Of a stretch of DNA of 64,000 nt, positions 15,501 through 28,770 are shown piece after piece. The first letter of the stretch is position 1, and each line of letters begins with the position of its first letter. The stretch is from assembly GCF_009914755.1 (NCBI RefSeq), contig NC_060930.1; one strand, given 5' to 3'. Position numbers and translations under genes: made by a program. This stretch comes from the human T2T-CHM13v2.0 reference genome, Homo sapiens. The notes under the pieces are model-generated. The model worked only from the letters and a program-made list of their open reading frames with translations. It was not told the DNA's origin and made no database searches.

Positions 15501-18500
15501 TTTAAGTTCAGGGGTATATGTGCAGGATATATAGGTAAACGTGTCACTGGGGTTTGTTGTATAGATTATTTCATCACCCAGATATTAAACTTAGTACCTA
15601 TGAGTTATTTTTCATTATCTTCTCCCTCTCCCAACCCTCCATCCTTAGATAAACCCCAGTGTGTGTTGTTCGTCCATGTGTTCTCATCATTTAGCTCCCA
15701 CCTATAAGAGAATACGTGGTATTTGGTTTCCTGTTCCTGCTTTAGTTTGCTAAAGATAATGGCCTACAGCTCCATCCATGTTCCTGCAAAGGACATGATC
15801 TCATTCTTTTTTATGGCTGCATAGTATTCTGTGGTGTATATGTACCACATTTTCTTTATCTAGCCTATCATTGATGAGCATTTAGGTTGATTCCATGGCT
15901 TTGCTATGTGAATAACACTGCAGTGAATATAGACATGCATGTGTCTTTATGATAGAATGACTTATATTCCTTTGGGTAAATACCTATTAATGGGATTGCT
16001 TGGCCAAACAATCTGTCTGTTTTGAGGTCTCTGAAGAATCACCACACTATATTCCACAATGGATGAACTAATTTCTACTCCCACCAACAGTGTATAAGCA
16101 TTCCTTCTTCTCCACAACCTCGCCAGCATCTGTTTTTTACTTTTTAATAATAGCCATTCTGACTGGTATGAGATAGTATCTCATTGTGGTTTTGTTTGCA
16201 TTTCTCTAATAATCAGTGATGTTGAGCTTTTTTTTTCACATGAATATTGGCTGCATGTATGTCTTTCTTAGAAAAATATCTGTCCATGTCCTTTGCCCAC
16301 TTTTTAATAGAGTTCTTTGTTTTTTCTTGTGAATTTAAGTTCCTTATAGATGCTGGATATTAGACTTTTGTCACATGCATAGTTTGAAAAAATTTTCTCC
16401 CATTCTGTAGATTGTCCTTTCACTCTGCTGATGGTTTTCTTTGCTGTGCAGAAGCTCTTTAGTTTAATTAGATACCATTTGTCAATTTTTGCTTTTGTTG
16501 CAATTGTTTTTGGTGTCTCTGTCATGAAATCTTTGTCCATTCCTATGTCCAGAATGGTATTTCCTAGGTTGTCTTCCAGGGTTTTTATAGTTTTGGGTTT
16601 TACATTTAAGTCTTTAATTCATCTTGATTTAATTTTTGTGTATGGTATAAGGAAGGGGTCCAGTTTCACTCTTTTGCATATGATTAGCCAATTATCCCAG
16701 TACCATCTATTGAATAGGGAATCCTTTCCTCATTGTTTGTTTTTGTCAGGTTTGTTGAAGATCAGATACCTGTAGGTGTGCAGTCTTATTTCTGGGTTCT
16801 GTATTCTGTTCCATTGGTCTACGTGTCTGTATTTGTATCAGTACCATGCTGTTTTGGTTACTGTAGCCCTGTATTATTGTTTGAAGTTGGGTAGTGTGAT
16901 GCCTCAAGATTTGTTCTTTTTGTTTAGGATTGCCTTGGGTATTTGGGCTCTTTTTGGCTTCCATTTGAGTTTTAAAATAGTTTTTCTAGTTCTGTGAAGA
17001 ATGTCAATGGTAGTTTAATAGGAATAGCACTGAATCTATAAATTGCTTTGGGCAGTAGGACCATTATAACAATATTGATTCTTCCTGTTCATGAGTGTGT
17101 AATGTTTTTCCTTTATGCATCTCCGATTTCTTTGAGCAGTGTTTTGTCGTTATCCTTGTAGAGAACTTTAATCTCTGTGGTTAGGTGTATTCCTAGGTAC
17201 TTTATTTATTTATTTATTTATTTGTTGAGACAGAGTCTCACTCTGTCACCTAGGCTGGAGTGCAGTGGTGCGATATCAGTTCACCGCAAGCTCTGCCTCC
17301 CAGGTTCACGCCACTCTCCTGCCTCAGCCTCCCGAGGTACTTTATTTTTTTGTGTGGCTATTGTGAATGGGATTGCCTTCCTGATTTGGCCCTCAGCTTG
17401 ACTGTTTTTGGTGTGTAGGAATGCTAGTGATATTTGCACATTGATTTTGTATCCTGAGACTTTGCTGATGTTATCAGCTTAAGGGCTGAGACTATGGGGT
17501 TTTCTAGATACAGGATCATGTAGTCTGCAAAGCGGGATAGTTTGACTTCCTCTCTTTGGATGCACTTTCTTTCTTTCTCTTGCCTGATTGCCCTGGCCAG
17601 GACTTCCAATACTGTGTTGAATAGGAGTGGAAAGAGCAGGCATCCTTGTGTTGTGCTGCTTTTCCAGAAGAATGTGTCCAGCTTTTGCCTATTCATTATG
17701 ATGTTGGCTGTGGGTTTGTCATAGATGGCTCTTGTTATTTTGAGGTATGTTCTTTCAATACCTACTTTGAGAGTTTTTAACATGAAGGAGTGTTGAATTT
17801 TATTGAAGGCCTTTTCTGCATCTATTGATATAATCATATGGTTTTTGTCTTTAGTTCTGTTTATGTGATGAATCACATCATTAATTTGTGTTTGTTGAAC
17901 CAACCTTACATCCCAAGGATAAAGCCTGCTTGATCATGGTGGATAAGCTTTTTGATGTGCGGCTGGATTTGGTTTGCTAGTAGTTTGTGGAGGACTTTTG
18001 CATTGATGTTCAGCAAAGATATTGGCCTGAAATTTTCTCTTTCTGTTGTATCTCTGCCAGGTTTTGGCATCAGGATGATGTTGGCCTCATAGAATAAGTT
18101 AGGGAGGATTCCCTCCTTTTCATTTTTTTTGGAATAATTTCAGTAGGGATGATACTAGTTCTTCTTTGTACATCTGGTAGAATTCAGCTGTAAATCTGTC
18201 TGGTCCTGGGGTTTCTGTTGTTGTTGTTGTTGTTGTTTTGGTTGGTAGGCTTTTTATTACTGATTACATTTCAGAACTCAATATTGGTCTGTTCCTGGAT
18301 TCAGTTTCTTCCTAGTTAAGTCTTAGGAGGTTGTATGTATCCAGGAATTTATCCATTTCTTCCAGATTTTCTACTTTATGAGCATAGAGGTGTTCATAAT
18401 ATTCTCTGATGGTTGTTTGTATTTCTGTAGGATCAGTGGTAATATCCTCCTTGTCACTTCTGATTGTGTTTATTTGAATCCTCTCTCTTTTTATCTTTAT

Positions 18501-21500
18501 TAGTCTAGCTAATGGTCTGTTTTATTAATGTTTTCAGAAAACCAGCTCCTGGATTCGTTGATCTTTGAAATTTTTTGTGTGTCTAAATCTCCTTCAGTTC
18601 AGCCCTGATTTGGTTATTTCATGTCTTTTGCATGCTTTAGGATTTGTTTGCTCCTGGTTCTCTATTTCTTCTAGTTGTGATATTAGGTTTTTAACTTAAG
18701 ATCTTTCTAACTTTTTGATGTGGGAATTTAGTGCTATAAATTTCCTTCTTAACATTGCCTTAGCTGTGTCCCAGAGATTCTGGTATGTTGTCTCTTTATT
18801 CTGATTAGTTTCAAAGAACTTCTTGATTTTTGCCTTAATTTCATTATTTACTCAAAAGTCATTCAGGAGCAGGTTATTCAATTTCCATGTAACTGTATGG
18901 TTTTGAGTGAATTTCTTTGTCTTGATTTCTAATTTGATTTTGCTGTGGTTCAAGAGATTTTTTGTTATAATTTCAGTTCTTTGGCATTTGCTGGTGAGTG
19001 TTTTACTTCCAATTATGTGATCAATTTTAGAGTATATGCCATGTGGGAATGAGAAGAATGTATATTCTGCTATTTTGGGGTGGAGAGTTCTGTAGATGTC
19101 TATCAGGTTCATTTGATTCAGTGCTGAGTTCAGGTCCTAAATATCTTTGTTAATTTTCTGCCTCAACAATCTAATATTGTCAGTGGTGTGTTAAAGTCTC
19201 CCGCTATTAATGTGTAGGAGTCTACGTCTCTTTGAAGGGATCTAAGAACTTGCTTTATGAATCTGGGTGCTCCTGTGTTGGGTGCATAGTTAGGTCTTCT
19301 TATTGAACTGAATACTGTTTTGCCATTATGTAATGCCCTTCTTTGTCTTTTTTTTTTTTTATCTTTGTTGGTTTAAAGCCTGTTTTGTCAGAAGCTAGGA
19401 TTGCAACCCTTGCTTTTTTCTGTTTTCCATTTGCTTGGTGAATTTTCTCCATCCCTTTATTTTGAGCCTATATATGTCATTGCATGTGAGATGGGTCTCT
19501 TGAAGACAGCATACCAATAAGTCTTGATTCTTTATCCAGCTTACCATTCTGTGTCTTTTAATTGGGGCATTTAGGCCATTTACATTCAAGGTTAGTAATG
19601 ACGTGTGTGGATTTGATCCTGTCATCATGAAGCTGGCTGGTCATTTTGCAGACTTGTTTATGTGGTTGCTTTATAATGTCCCTAATCTGTGTACTTCAGT
19701 GTGTTTTTGTAGTGGTCAGTAATGATCTTTCCTTTCCACATTTAGTGCTTCCTTCAGGGGCTCTTGTAAAGCAGATCAGGTGGTAACAAATTTGGCATTT
19801 GCTTGTCTGAAAAGGATCTTATTTATCCTTTGCTTATGATGCTTAGTTTGGCTGGATATGAAATTCTGGGTGGAAAATTCTTTTAAGAATGTTGAACATT
19901 GGCCCTCAATGTCTTCTGGCTTGTAGGATTTCCACTAAGAAGTCCACCATAAGTCTGAGGGGCTTCCCTTTGTAGGCAATCTGCCCTTTCTCTCTAGCCA
20001 CCTTTGACATTTTTCTTTCATTTCAGCCTTGGAGAATATGATGATTATGTGTCTTGGGGATGATCTTGTGAAGTATCTTACTGGGGTTCCCTTTATTTCC
20101 TGTATTTGAATGTTGGCCTCTCTCACTAGGTTGTGGAAGTTCTCATGGATAATATCCTGAAATATGTTTTCCCAGTTGGTTCCATTCTCCTCATCTCTTT
20201 AAGGGACACCAATGAGTTGTAGATTTGGTCTCTTTACATAATCCCATATTTCTCAGAGGTTTTGCTCATTCCTTTTCATTCTTTTTTCTCTATTCTTGTC
20301 TGACTAGCCAGTCTTCAATCTCTGAGAGTGTTTCCTCTGCTTGGTCTATTCTACTATTAATACCCATGATTGCATTATGAAATTCTTGTAGTGTGTTTTT
20401 CAGCTCTATCAGATCGGCTACAGTCTTTTCTATACTGGCTATTTTGTCTGTCAGCTCTTGCATTGTTTTATCATTATTTTCAGCTTCCTTGGATTGGGTT
20501 TCAATGTACTCTGGTAGCTGAATGGTCTTCATTCCTATCCATATTCTGAATGTCATTTAAGCCATCTCAGCCCAGTTCAGAACCCTTACTGGAGATGTGA
20601 GCCCATCCTTTGGAGGAAATAAGGCACTTTGGCTTTTTGAGTTGTCAGGGTTCTTGTGCTGATTTTTTTCTTATCTTTGTGGTCTTGTGTTCCTTCAATC
20701 TTTGAGGTTGCTGACCTTTGGATGGTTTTTCTTTTATCCTATTATATTTGATGAACTTGAGCATTTGTGGTGTAAGGTGGACTCAGCCAACTGGCTGTGT
20801 TTCTGGAAGATTTTTATGGGGCCAGCACTCAGCTCCCAAGTCCTACACTTCAAGCTGTAATTCTGGGGGAACTTATATTAGGCCCTGACTTTGTTTTCTG
20901 GCTCCTCAAGGTTAGGAATTCACTGTGTTGGGGGAACTGAGGTGCTCCCGGACCACTGTTCACTACACTTTGATGGGTGGTATCAGCCAAAGTGTTTCAT
21001 ATTGCAGCAACAGGGGGATCTGTCTTCGTTCACATGTGCCAGCAGCAGTGGTAGTAACAGCTGCAGCAGAGTGCTAGCAGGTGCCATGCTAGCAGGCGCC
21101 ATGCTAGCAGGCATTCACCACAGTGGCAGAGGAAATGCAGCTGCAGGGGTGGGGAGTGGAAGGAGTGGCCCCAGATGGTGACTGTGTGCACAGTCATGCT
21201 GGAGGTGGTGTTGACTCAGGGGTGGGTCACTGATGGGCACAGGTCTGGGTGCCTTTTCTGTGCCCTGCAAGCAGGAGTGATTGCTCAGGGCAGGGAAGGA
21301 TCTGCTGTTCTCTGTGTAGTGTTAGTGCAAGGGTGGGGTGCTGGCAGGGACTGGGCTGGCTGGCTCTGTGCCCACCAAGGCTCTGTCTACAATGGCAGTC
21401 AGCAGGGGGAGTGGAGTAGACAGCACTCCCACATGCTGGTGGGGCAGTGAAAGCAGAATCTGCCCATACAGACGTGCTAGCAAAGTGATGTGGGGAGTTG

Positions 21501-22112
21501 GTGTGAGCCCAGGGGAAGCTGCATTATGAGGAGAGAGCATGCAGGCTGGCACATGGCTGTAGTGGCCACCCCACTGGAGCTCCCTGCTGGTTAAGCATGG
21601 TCCACCAGCACAGAAGGTATGGTGTGGGCCCCCAGGGAACCCGAGACCACCCTGCAAGCAGGAATGGCCAGGCTGGGGCCCCAGGAGAGGCCAGCAAATC
21701 AAGGGGTGCTCAAGTCAGACCTGCCCAGTCTGATGGACAAGACCACTCTGCAGAGTTCAGATCTGACAGTTCCCCTAGGGTTAACATCTCCTATGTGAGC
21801 AAGTCAAGCCTAGAGGGGACAGCCTTCCCTAGTTGTGCTCTGCTACAGATGCTCCCACATCAAACCCTCTGGGTTCTGCATCAGATGGCTTGCTGCCCCT
21901 ACCCCTTCTCTAATTAGCTCTCTCTGCCACCTTGAGTGTCCATGGTGGTCAAGGGGTTCCCTTCTGCCAGGGTTCCAGAGGCCGCGTGAGAGTAGGTTGC
22001 TCCTTGCCAGTTCAACTCACCCATTCCCTTGGAGCCAGTGGAAGCCAGGAATGAGTCCTGGTGTGCAGTAGCCCCATGCAGGGTTCCCAGCTTTCTCCCC
22101 TTTTAACCCAGT
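15500..22112 (-). mobile_element. Near full-length older primate LINE-1 (L1PA13-16-like), degraded
   Basis: 3' UTR at about 15500; ORF2 fragments (17424-17903 [26 protein letters not shown]; 19395-19628 EN TLNVNGLNAPIKR); ORF1 fragments (19935-20556); GC-rich 5' UTR at about 20900-22110; degenerate TSD TTTTTCC(C/A)CA..TTTA at both ends. Confidence 0.92.
17208..17334 (-). mobile_element. 5'-truncated AluY inserted into L1 ORF2
   Basis: GCAAGCTCTGCCTCCCAGGTTCACGCCA (Y-type diagnostic); (TTTA)n tail; TSD AGGTACTTTATTT at 17195-17207 and 17335-17347. Confidence 0.88.
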
Positions 22113-22114
22113 TT

Positions 22115-22800
22115 CTTTTTCCACACTTTAACATCTCTGAAATGACTATCCATGATATAATCAATGGCATCTTACAACTGCTACCAGCAGAACAGCAGTC
22201 ATGGTATACTAGTCATCCAGGAGGTTTGAACTTGGCTGTTAGTCTTGCCGACATTATTGGACAACTGCAACCTCTTGACGTTTCAATCAGTAAACTCTTT
22301 AAGAGCCATTTGAGGAAGGAAAATAAGCCTTATTTGTTCCCTGAAAATATTCTGTTGATATCTTCTGGTAAAGTCAAGAAAGTGCCAGCATCAAAACTTG
22401 CAGAATGAGTACTGGAGGCTTAGGGGAAAAAATCTCAGAAGCATACTGTTATTAGTAGTAGAACATTCTACTAAGATATGTTGTCATCATCAAAATTATT
22501 CAAGAATTTTGAATAGTAATTAAGATTACTATTATAAATGGGAAAATAATTAGAATAGTGAAACTAGTTTATTTCACTCATAATTTACTTTGTATATATA
22601 CCTATGAGTGATATATGATAAAACTACATTTTTAAAATCAAAAGGTCTTTCAATATGTATACAATAAAAATCCTAAGAATTAGAAAGCTTTGTGTCAGAG
22701 TTTAATTGAAAGTTATTTTCTTTCTTTTTCTTACTTTCTTTCTTAGTGTTAACTAATGGCTTATTTTACAATCAATACTTTTAGAGCAGATGAAATAAAT
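22115..22800 (+). mobile_element. Tc2/pogo (Kanga-like) DNA transposon body with DDE transposase remnant
   Basis: ORF 22061-22408 contains GQLQPLDVSISKLFKSHLRKE...SGKVKKVPASKLAE (pogo DDE_1 LQPLD motif); right end TTACAATCAA...GATGAAATA. Confidence 0.75.
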
Positions 22801-22860
22801 CCTTGTAAAAATACAGCACATATCTAAAAAGTGCAAATTTTTTGTTTTCATATGTGAAAT

Positions 22861-24460
22861 ACTCATGTGCCACATAATGATGTTTCATCAAATGATGGAT
22901 CACATATCCAACAGTAAAATTATGATGGAGCTGAAAATTTCCTATGGCTTAGTGTCATCACAGCCTGAGTAATGCTGTAGCCCTCATAAGGTCATAGTAT
23001 AACTCATTACTCATGTATTGGTGGTAATGCTGGTATAAACAAACCTACTACACTGCTAATCATATAAAAGTATAGCACATACAATTAGGTACAGTACATA
23101 ATACTTGATAAAACATAAATGACTATGTTACTGGCTTATGTATTTACTATACTATATGTGATTGTAGAGGATACTCTTTCTACTTATTAAAAAGAAAACT
23201 TAACTGTAAAATAGCCTCAGGCAGATCCTTCAGGTGGTATTCCAGAAGAAGGCATTTTTATCACAGAAGATGACAACTCAGTATGTGTTACTGCCTCTGA
23301 AGACCTTCTATTGGGACAAGATGTTGAGGTAGAAGACAGTGATATTGATAATCGGGAGCATGGCTATGCCTAGGCTAATGTGTGTGTTTGTGTCTTCATT
23401 TTTAACAAAAAAGTTTAAAAAGTTAAAAAAAAAGAAAAAATATTAGAAAAAAGCTTATAAATTAAAGATATAAATATTTTTGTACAGCTGTACAATATTT
23501 GTGTTCTAAGCTAAGTGTCATTATAAAAGACTCAAAAAGTTTTAAAAAGTTAAAACATAAAGTAAAAAAGTTACAGTAAGCTAAGGTTAATTTATTATTG
23601 GAGAAAGAAAAATTTTTTTATAAACTTAGTGTCCCAAAGTGTACAATGTTTATAAAATGTACAATAGCATATTAGTCCATTTTCACACTGCTATAAAGAA
23701 CTGCCTGAGACTGGGTAATTTATAAAGAGAAGAGGTTTAATTGACTGACAGTTCCGTATGCCTGAGGAGCCCTCAGGAAACTTACAATCATGACAGAAGG
23801 TGAAGGGGAAGCAAGGCACATCTAACCATGACAAAGCTTGAGAGAGAGAGAGAGAGAGCAAGCCACATACTTTTAAACCCCCAGATCTCATGAGAGCTCA
23901 CTATAAAAAGAACAGTAAGGAGGAAGTCTGCCCCCATGATTCAGTCACCTCCCACCAGGCCCCTCTGACATGTAAGGATTACAATTTGAGATGAGATTTG
24001 GGTGGGGACACAGAGCCAAACCGTATCAAGTAGTGTACAGTAATGTCCTAGACCTTCACATGCGCTTACCACTCACTCACTGACTCACCCAGATCAACTT
24101 CCAGTCCTACAGGCTCCATTAATGGTAAGTGTCCTATACAGGTATACCATTTTAAAATATTTTATGCCATCTTTTTACAGTAGTTTTTCTATGTAGATAT
24201 GTTAGTTACACAACATATGTTAGATATGTTTAGTTACACAAATACTTGCCATTGTGTTCCTATTGCTTATAGAATTCAGTACAGTAATATGCTGCACAGG
24301 CTTGTAGCCTAGGAGCAATAGACTATACCATAGAGCCTACATGTGTAGTAGGCTATAGCATTTAGGTTTGTGTAAGTATATTGTATGATGTTTGCACAAT
24401 GATGAAATTGCCTAATGACACATTTCTCAGAATGTCTCATTGTTAAGTGAAACATGACTG
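22861..24460. mobile_element. Tigger3b/Golem-type DNA transposon, interrupted by an MST LTR
   Basis: CATGTGCCACATAATGATGTTTC...GGAGCTGAAAATTTCCTAT...; right end TTAAGTGAAACATGACTG. Confidence 0.8.
23668..24028. mobile_element. MSTA-like MaLR solo LTR
   Basis: TATTAGTCCATTTTCACACTGCTATAAAGAACTGCCTGAGACTGGGTAATTTATAAAG...ACAGAGCCAAACCGTATCA. Confidence 0.88.
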
Positions 24461-24710
24461 AACTGCTATGTTCTAGACTTAAAAAATAATGAATTTTTCA
24501 TCTACATGAATGTTTTGAGCTGGAAAATTATTTTATATAGGGCACTATCCCTCACATTCACGATGTCTAGCATCCCTAATGCCCTTAATGAATACCAGCT
24601 GCAGCCCTATTCATCGTAATAACCAAAATTACTACTGAAAATTTCCCAAATATCCCCTAGAGGGAGGTATGCATATACATTGAGAATCAAGTTTTCTAAA
24701 TGCCTGTAGC

Positions 24711-24745
24711 TGTGATATTCCCATTCCTGGTCACTAGAGGGAGGA
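24711..24745 (+). promoter_or_regulatory. CTCF-like site (copy 1)
   Basis: TGGTCACTAGAGGGAGG core with upstream TGTGATATTCC; conserved in the paralogous site at 43832-43864. Confidence 0.45.
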
Positions 24746-25099
24746 AGTAGTCTTTAGGATGATAGTACGATTCTGTTTTGTCTGCCCTCAAAGTTCAAGT
24801 TTAAGCTGATATAGATCAGCTTGGCAAAAATAGATCATATTTCAGTAAAATAACTGTGGCATAGTTTCTCACATATGTTTGGTACTCTTTATTATTACAA
24901 TGGAATCACATTTCTATTTTATTTAGGCTATCACTGTTACAAAAGTAATATTTTCTCAGGCTAATTATCTAGTTATGATCACTGCCTGTGATAATACTTT
25001 AAAAAAAAAAGAAAAAAAAAAACCTCATATGCTCCTGCTTTCACCAGTCTTAAGAGAAACCAGAGACAAAGGCTCTGACCTGAATGACCCCACACCTTT

Positions 25100-25310
25100 G
25101 TATGCTGGTTAAAGATGCACCCTTTGAAATCAAACAGATCTGACGTCAAGTCCCAGTTCTGTTACTTACTAGCTGTTTAATTTAGGCAAGTCACTTCAGC
25201 TCTCTAAGCCACAATTTACTCATATACAAAATGAATATAATAAAACAACTTACAGAATTATCATGAAGGTGAAATGAGATATCTGTGAAGTGTTTTTCAC
25301 AATATGCTTT
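25100..25310 (+). mobile_element. MIR SINE (shared with 44095-44265)
   Basis: TCAAGTCCCAGTTCTGTTACTTACTAGCTG...GGCAAGTCACTT...TCTCTAAGCC. Confidence 0.7.
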
Positions 25311-26789
25311 CAATAAATAGAAGCTGACTTGCTCATTTTTATTATTTTTATGCTAAGAATTACATTAAATAAACAATATTGTAGGCAGTATAAAATCAAT
25401 GTCAAATTCTATTATGAAACTGTAATTGTATAAAAGTTGAGAAACAAAAGTCATCCATGTAAAATAAGTGAAAGGTTTGTGGAAGAAAAGAAGAGTTGAA
25501 TTGGACCAAGTAGATTGGATACCATTTGAATAATCTGAGGAAGTCATGAAACACTAGCACATAGTAATAATGCTTGTCCACTATGTTACAGTTAATTCCT
25601 AATGATTCTAGACATATGGTATTTTGGGCTGATAGGGAAAACAACCCTTTTTGCTCTAACTAAAGTGCTTTACCACATTCTTCCACATATCACTTTAAAG
25701 ACTTTATAAAATATATTAAGAAAAAACTAGATGCATGAAATACATACTTTTAATAGCTGACTTTAAGCAGACTTGGTTGCTCAAAGTCACATTTTCTGTG
25801 AGGAACATACAGTCTGTATTTCAAACCAAGTTTGACCTGAAAATCTTTGCTTATAATAGACTAACACATTCAGTTCATCAATATTGGATCAAGACTGGAA
25901 CACAGCCACTCTCTGAAATCACATTCCAATTAAACATCTACCATGCTAAGAATGTAAGATATAAAGATGAAGAAGAAGACACAGTCTTCTGCTCTGATAG
26001 AGTTATACTTTAGTAAAGAAGAGCTAAATACAAATAAATAGAGAGTAAAAAATTTCTGGGAAAAGAAAACAATTCTGGAAAAACAAGGTACTGAAATATG
26101 ATTACACCTTGTAAACATTCTATTTCTGGGAGCTGCAAGGCCAAAAATAAGCAAGCCCCACTCTTGCCTAATATACTCAGTGCTCAATGCTCACCTTGAA
26201 ATTACATTTCCCTCATTGTTGATGAAATTGCAGAGGAGTTATCAAAACTGACCCAAGAGAAGTTTGGCCATTAAGCAAAATGGTTAACAACAAGAGCATG
26301 TTGTACCATGCACCTGTTTTTAAAGCCATCTGAACACAACTCTTAATTGTATTGTCCAAGGTTAAGTTGGAGTTTCGTGAAGAGGATGATAATTAAGTAC
26401 TACATGCCTCTTATAAGTAATCGCTCTATTGACTAAACCTCAATAAATATACATTATTTATTTACTAGTGATATCAATAGTTCTTTACATCTCAGCAGCC
26501 AAACTCCAGAAGAATATTAAAATATTTGAACTGCTTTGGTCCATTCTATTTCTCTGGAAAGTACAACTAAGCAATTTAATTCAGGCAGTAGATATAAAAA
26601 ATTACATTTTTAAAGACAGGATACAGTTATCTGATAGGATTTGGAGACCTTCTATTGTTTAACATAAACATATCCCTTTTAAAAGCTACTTGTGAATGAA
26701 TTAGGAATAACTTTCAACTAAGATCAAGCTATTCAAACTTAATTAGGATTTTAGATATATTTTTATGGCAAATTTAGTTACAAGCTGCT

Positions 26790-26950
26790 TCAATATGGTG
26801 CAAAGTGTCTTAGCTGGAAATGAGAAACCCTAATTGAATGCAGCCCATGTTACCTTCGTCTTGGATAATACACTTCTCTTTCCTGAGCCCCTATTTCCCT
26901 ATCCATTAAATGGAGATAGTGACACTGCAACTACAAAATGAGAGCATATA
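26790..26950 (+). mobile_element. MIR fragment
   Basis: TCACTTCTCTTTCCTGAGCCCCTATTTCCCTATCCATTAAATGGAGATA. Confidence 0.55.
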
Positions 26951-27183
26951 TGGAAGTTACTGATATATCTAATAATTTGTTGAGATTGTGAAGACAGAGA
27001 TATGTACTTGATGCAGAATTAGATATCCAAAGCCCAAATTGTGACCCCACAGGGTAGGGAACTTATTTGTGATTAATAATATAGGTAAATGTCTTGTTTT
27101 GCTTTATTTTGTTTTTATAATGGTAACAATTAAGGAAACTGAATCAACTGGAGATGAAGCAGAAGCAGCAGCTGAGTTTAGGA

Positions 27184-27372
27184 CAATGGTTCCCAAATGA
27201 TTGATAGCAGGCATTAGAATCACTTGGCACATTGGTTAAAACCGGTTTCTAGGCCTCACCTTCAGAGTTCTGTTTCAGTAGCTCATGGGTGGGGTTTGAA
27301 AATCTGCATTTCTAACAAGATCCAGGTGGTGCAGATACTGCTGGTCTGGAGAACACTCTTTATGATCCACAG
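27184..27372. mobile_element. MER5A-like MITE
   Basis: CAATGGTTCCCAAA...ATTAGAATCAC...TCTGCATTTCTAACAAG. Confidence 0.75.
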
Positions 27373-27799
27373 CTTTAGGGTAATGGAAAGGAGCAGTTGG
27401 AGCTGAAGAAGTCAGAGAAAAGCATCTTGTAAGCATCTAAATGGTCAGAAATGGAAAAGGAAGCTCAGAGAGATTCTTGAGAGGGCCCCAGGGAATGTCA
27501 ATCCTATTTACAGGACAATATGTCCTAAGCAGACTTCACTTCAATGACCAGAGGATGACAGACCTCAGTTTGTAAACTAAGAGAATCTTGAGAAAGGTCA
27601 ATTTTGGCCTGGAATTGAAAGAGAAATAAGTTTTTAAAAAGGAATTTCATTATTAGAATTATAAATAAAATCATGCAACAGTAAGAACTCACAAATAAGA
27701 TCTTGTAAGTAGAGTCAGCAATTTTTACCACCAAGGAAGAGAAGCCAAAAGACTGGAGATGGGCAAATGAAGTTCTATTTTTTAAATTATCAATAATAT

Positions 27800-28260
27800 T
27801 TTAAAATCTATTTATTGAGGTATAATTTACTTACACTAAAATGCATAAATCTTAAATATATACTTGGACAAGTTTTGAAAAGTGGATACACCTGTGTTAT
27901 CACCCAACTCAAGATATGGAGCACTATTACCCCTGCAAATGTCCTCAAGCTTTACCGTTACTCCCCTCAACCTTGAGGCTACCATTCCTGGGATTTCTAT
28001 CACCATAAAAAAGTTTTCTATGCTAGTGAATTTCATATACATGGAATCATATAATATATATTCCTTTGACATCTTTCACTTAACATGTCTCTGAGATTCA
28101 TCCATGTTGATGATCAATAGGTTGTTCCTCTTTATTGTTGAGTGGTGTTCCATTGTATGAATATACCATAATTTGTTCATTCACTCACTTGTTGGTGAAC
28201 ATTTGGGCTGTTTCTAGTTTGGGGCTGTTATAAATAAAACTGCTATGACCATTCCTGTGC
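27800..28260 (-). mobile_element. Old L1M (L1MB/ME-like) 3' fragment
   Basis: TTTATTGAGGTATAATTTAC...TGAGATTCATCCATGTTG...CATTGTATGAATATACCA. Confidence 0.75.
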
Positions 28261-28644
28261 TACATGTAAATTATACTTTATTAAAGAAAACAACAAATAC
28301 CAAGTATCTATTAAAACATCTTTGGACACTTTAAAAGAGCAAATAGTGATCAACAGAAGTAAAGCATATCACTAAGAAATCATTTCCTTTTTTGGCAAGG
28401 GAATTTCAAAGACAGACGACACCTGCTGTTATGAATTTTAAAGACCTCTTTTGTTGAATTCAGGTTAATTCCATTCTGCAAGACCACAGGGGGGAAACTA
28501 TGAAATAGATATACTGAAACTCTACGATATACCAGGCTCTTTGCAATAGCTGGATGTTTATAAGGTGGCAAATTTGAATCAATTTGACAAAACTGGGAAG
28601 GGAGTATGTATTCCCTAACTTAAGGAGTTCAAGAAAAGGTAAGC

Positions 28645-28770
28645 CATGATTCTCAAACTCAGCTGCACTTTAGGCTGTAATTTAATTGGTTCAGGGTAGA
28701 GTCTTGGCATCAGTATTTTTTGAAAGCTCAAAGCTATATATAATGATCAGCCAGGTTTGAGAACCATGAA
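28645..28770. mobile_element. MER5B-like fragment
   Basis: GATTCTCAAACTCAGCTGCAC...CAGCCAGGTTTGAGAACCA. Confidence 0.55.

Noticed and set aside
20891-22071. Cluster of GC-rich ORFs including AGAML repeats
   Set aside because: L1 5' UTR with a 15-bp tandem repeat (21071-21112); not a host gene
22061-22408. Possible domesticated transposase gene
   Set aside because: Short fragment whose N-terminal part comes from L1 sequence, with a non-ATG start and an incomplete catalytic triad; the paralogous copy is decayed
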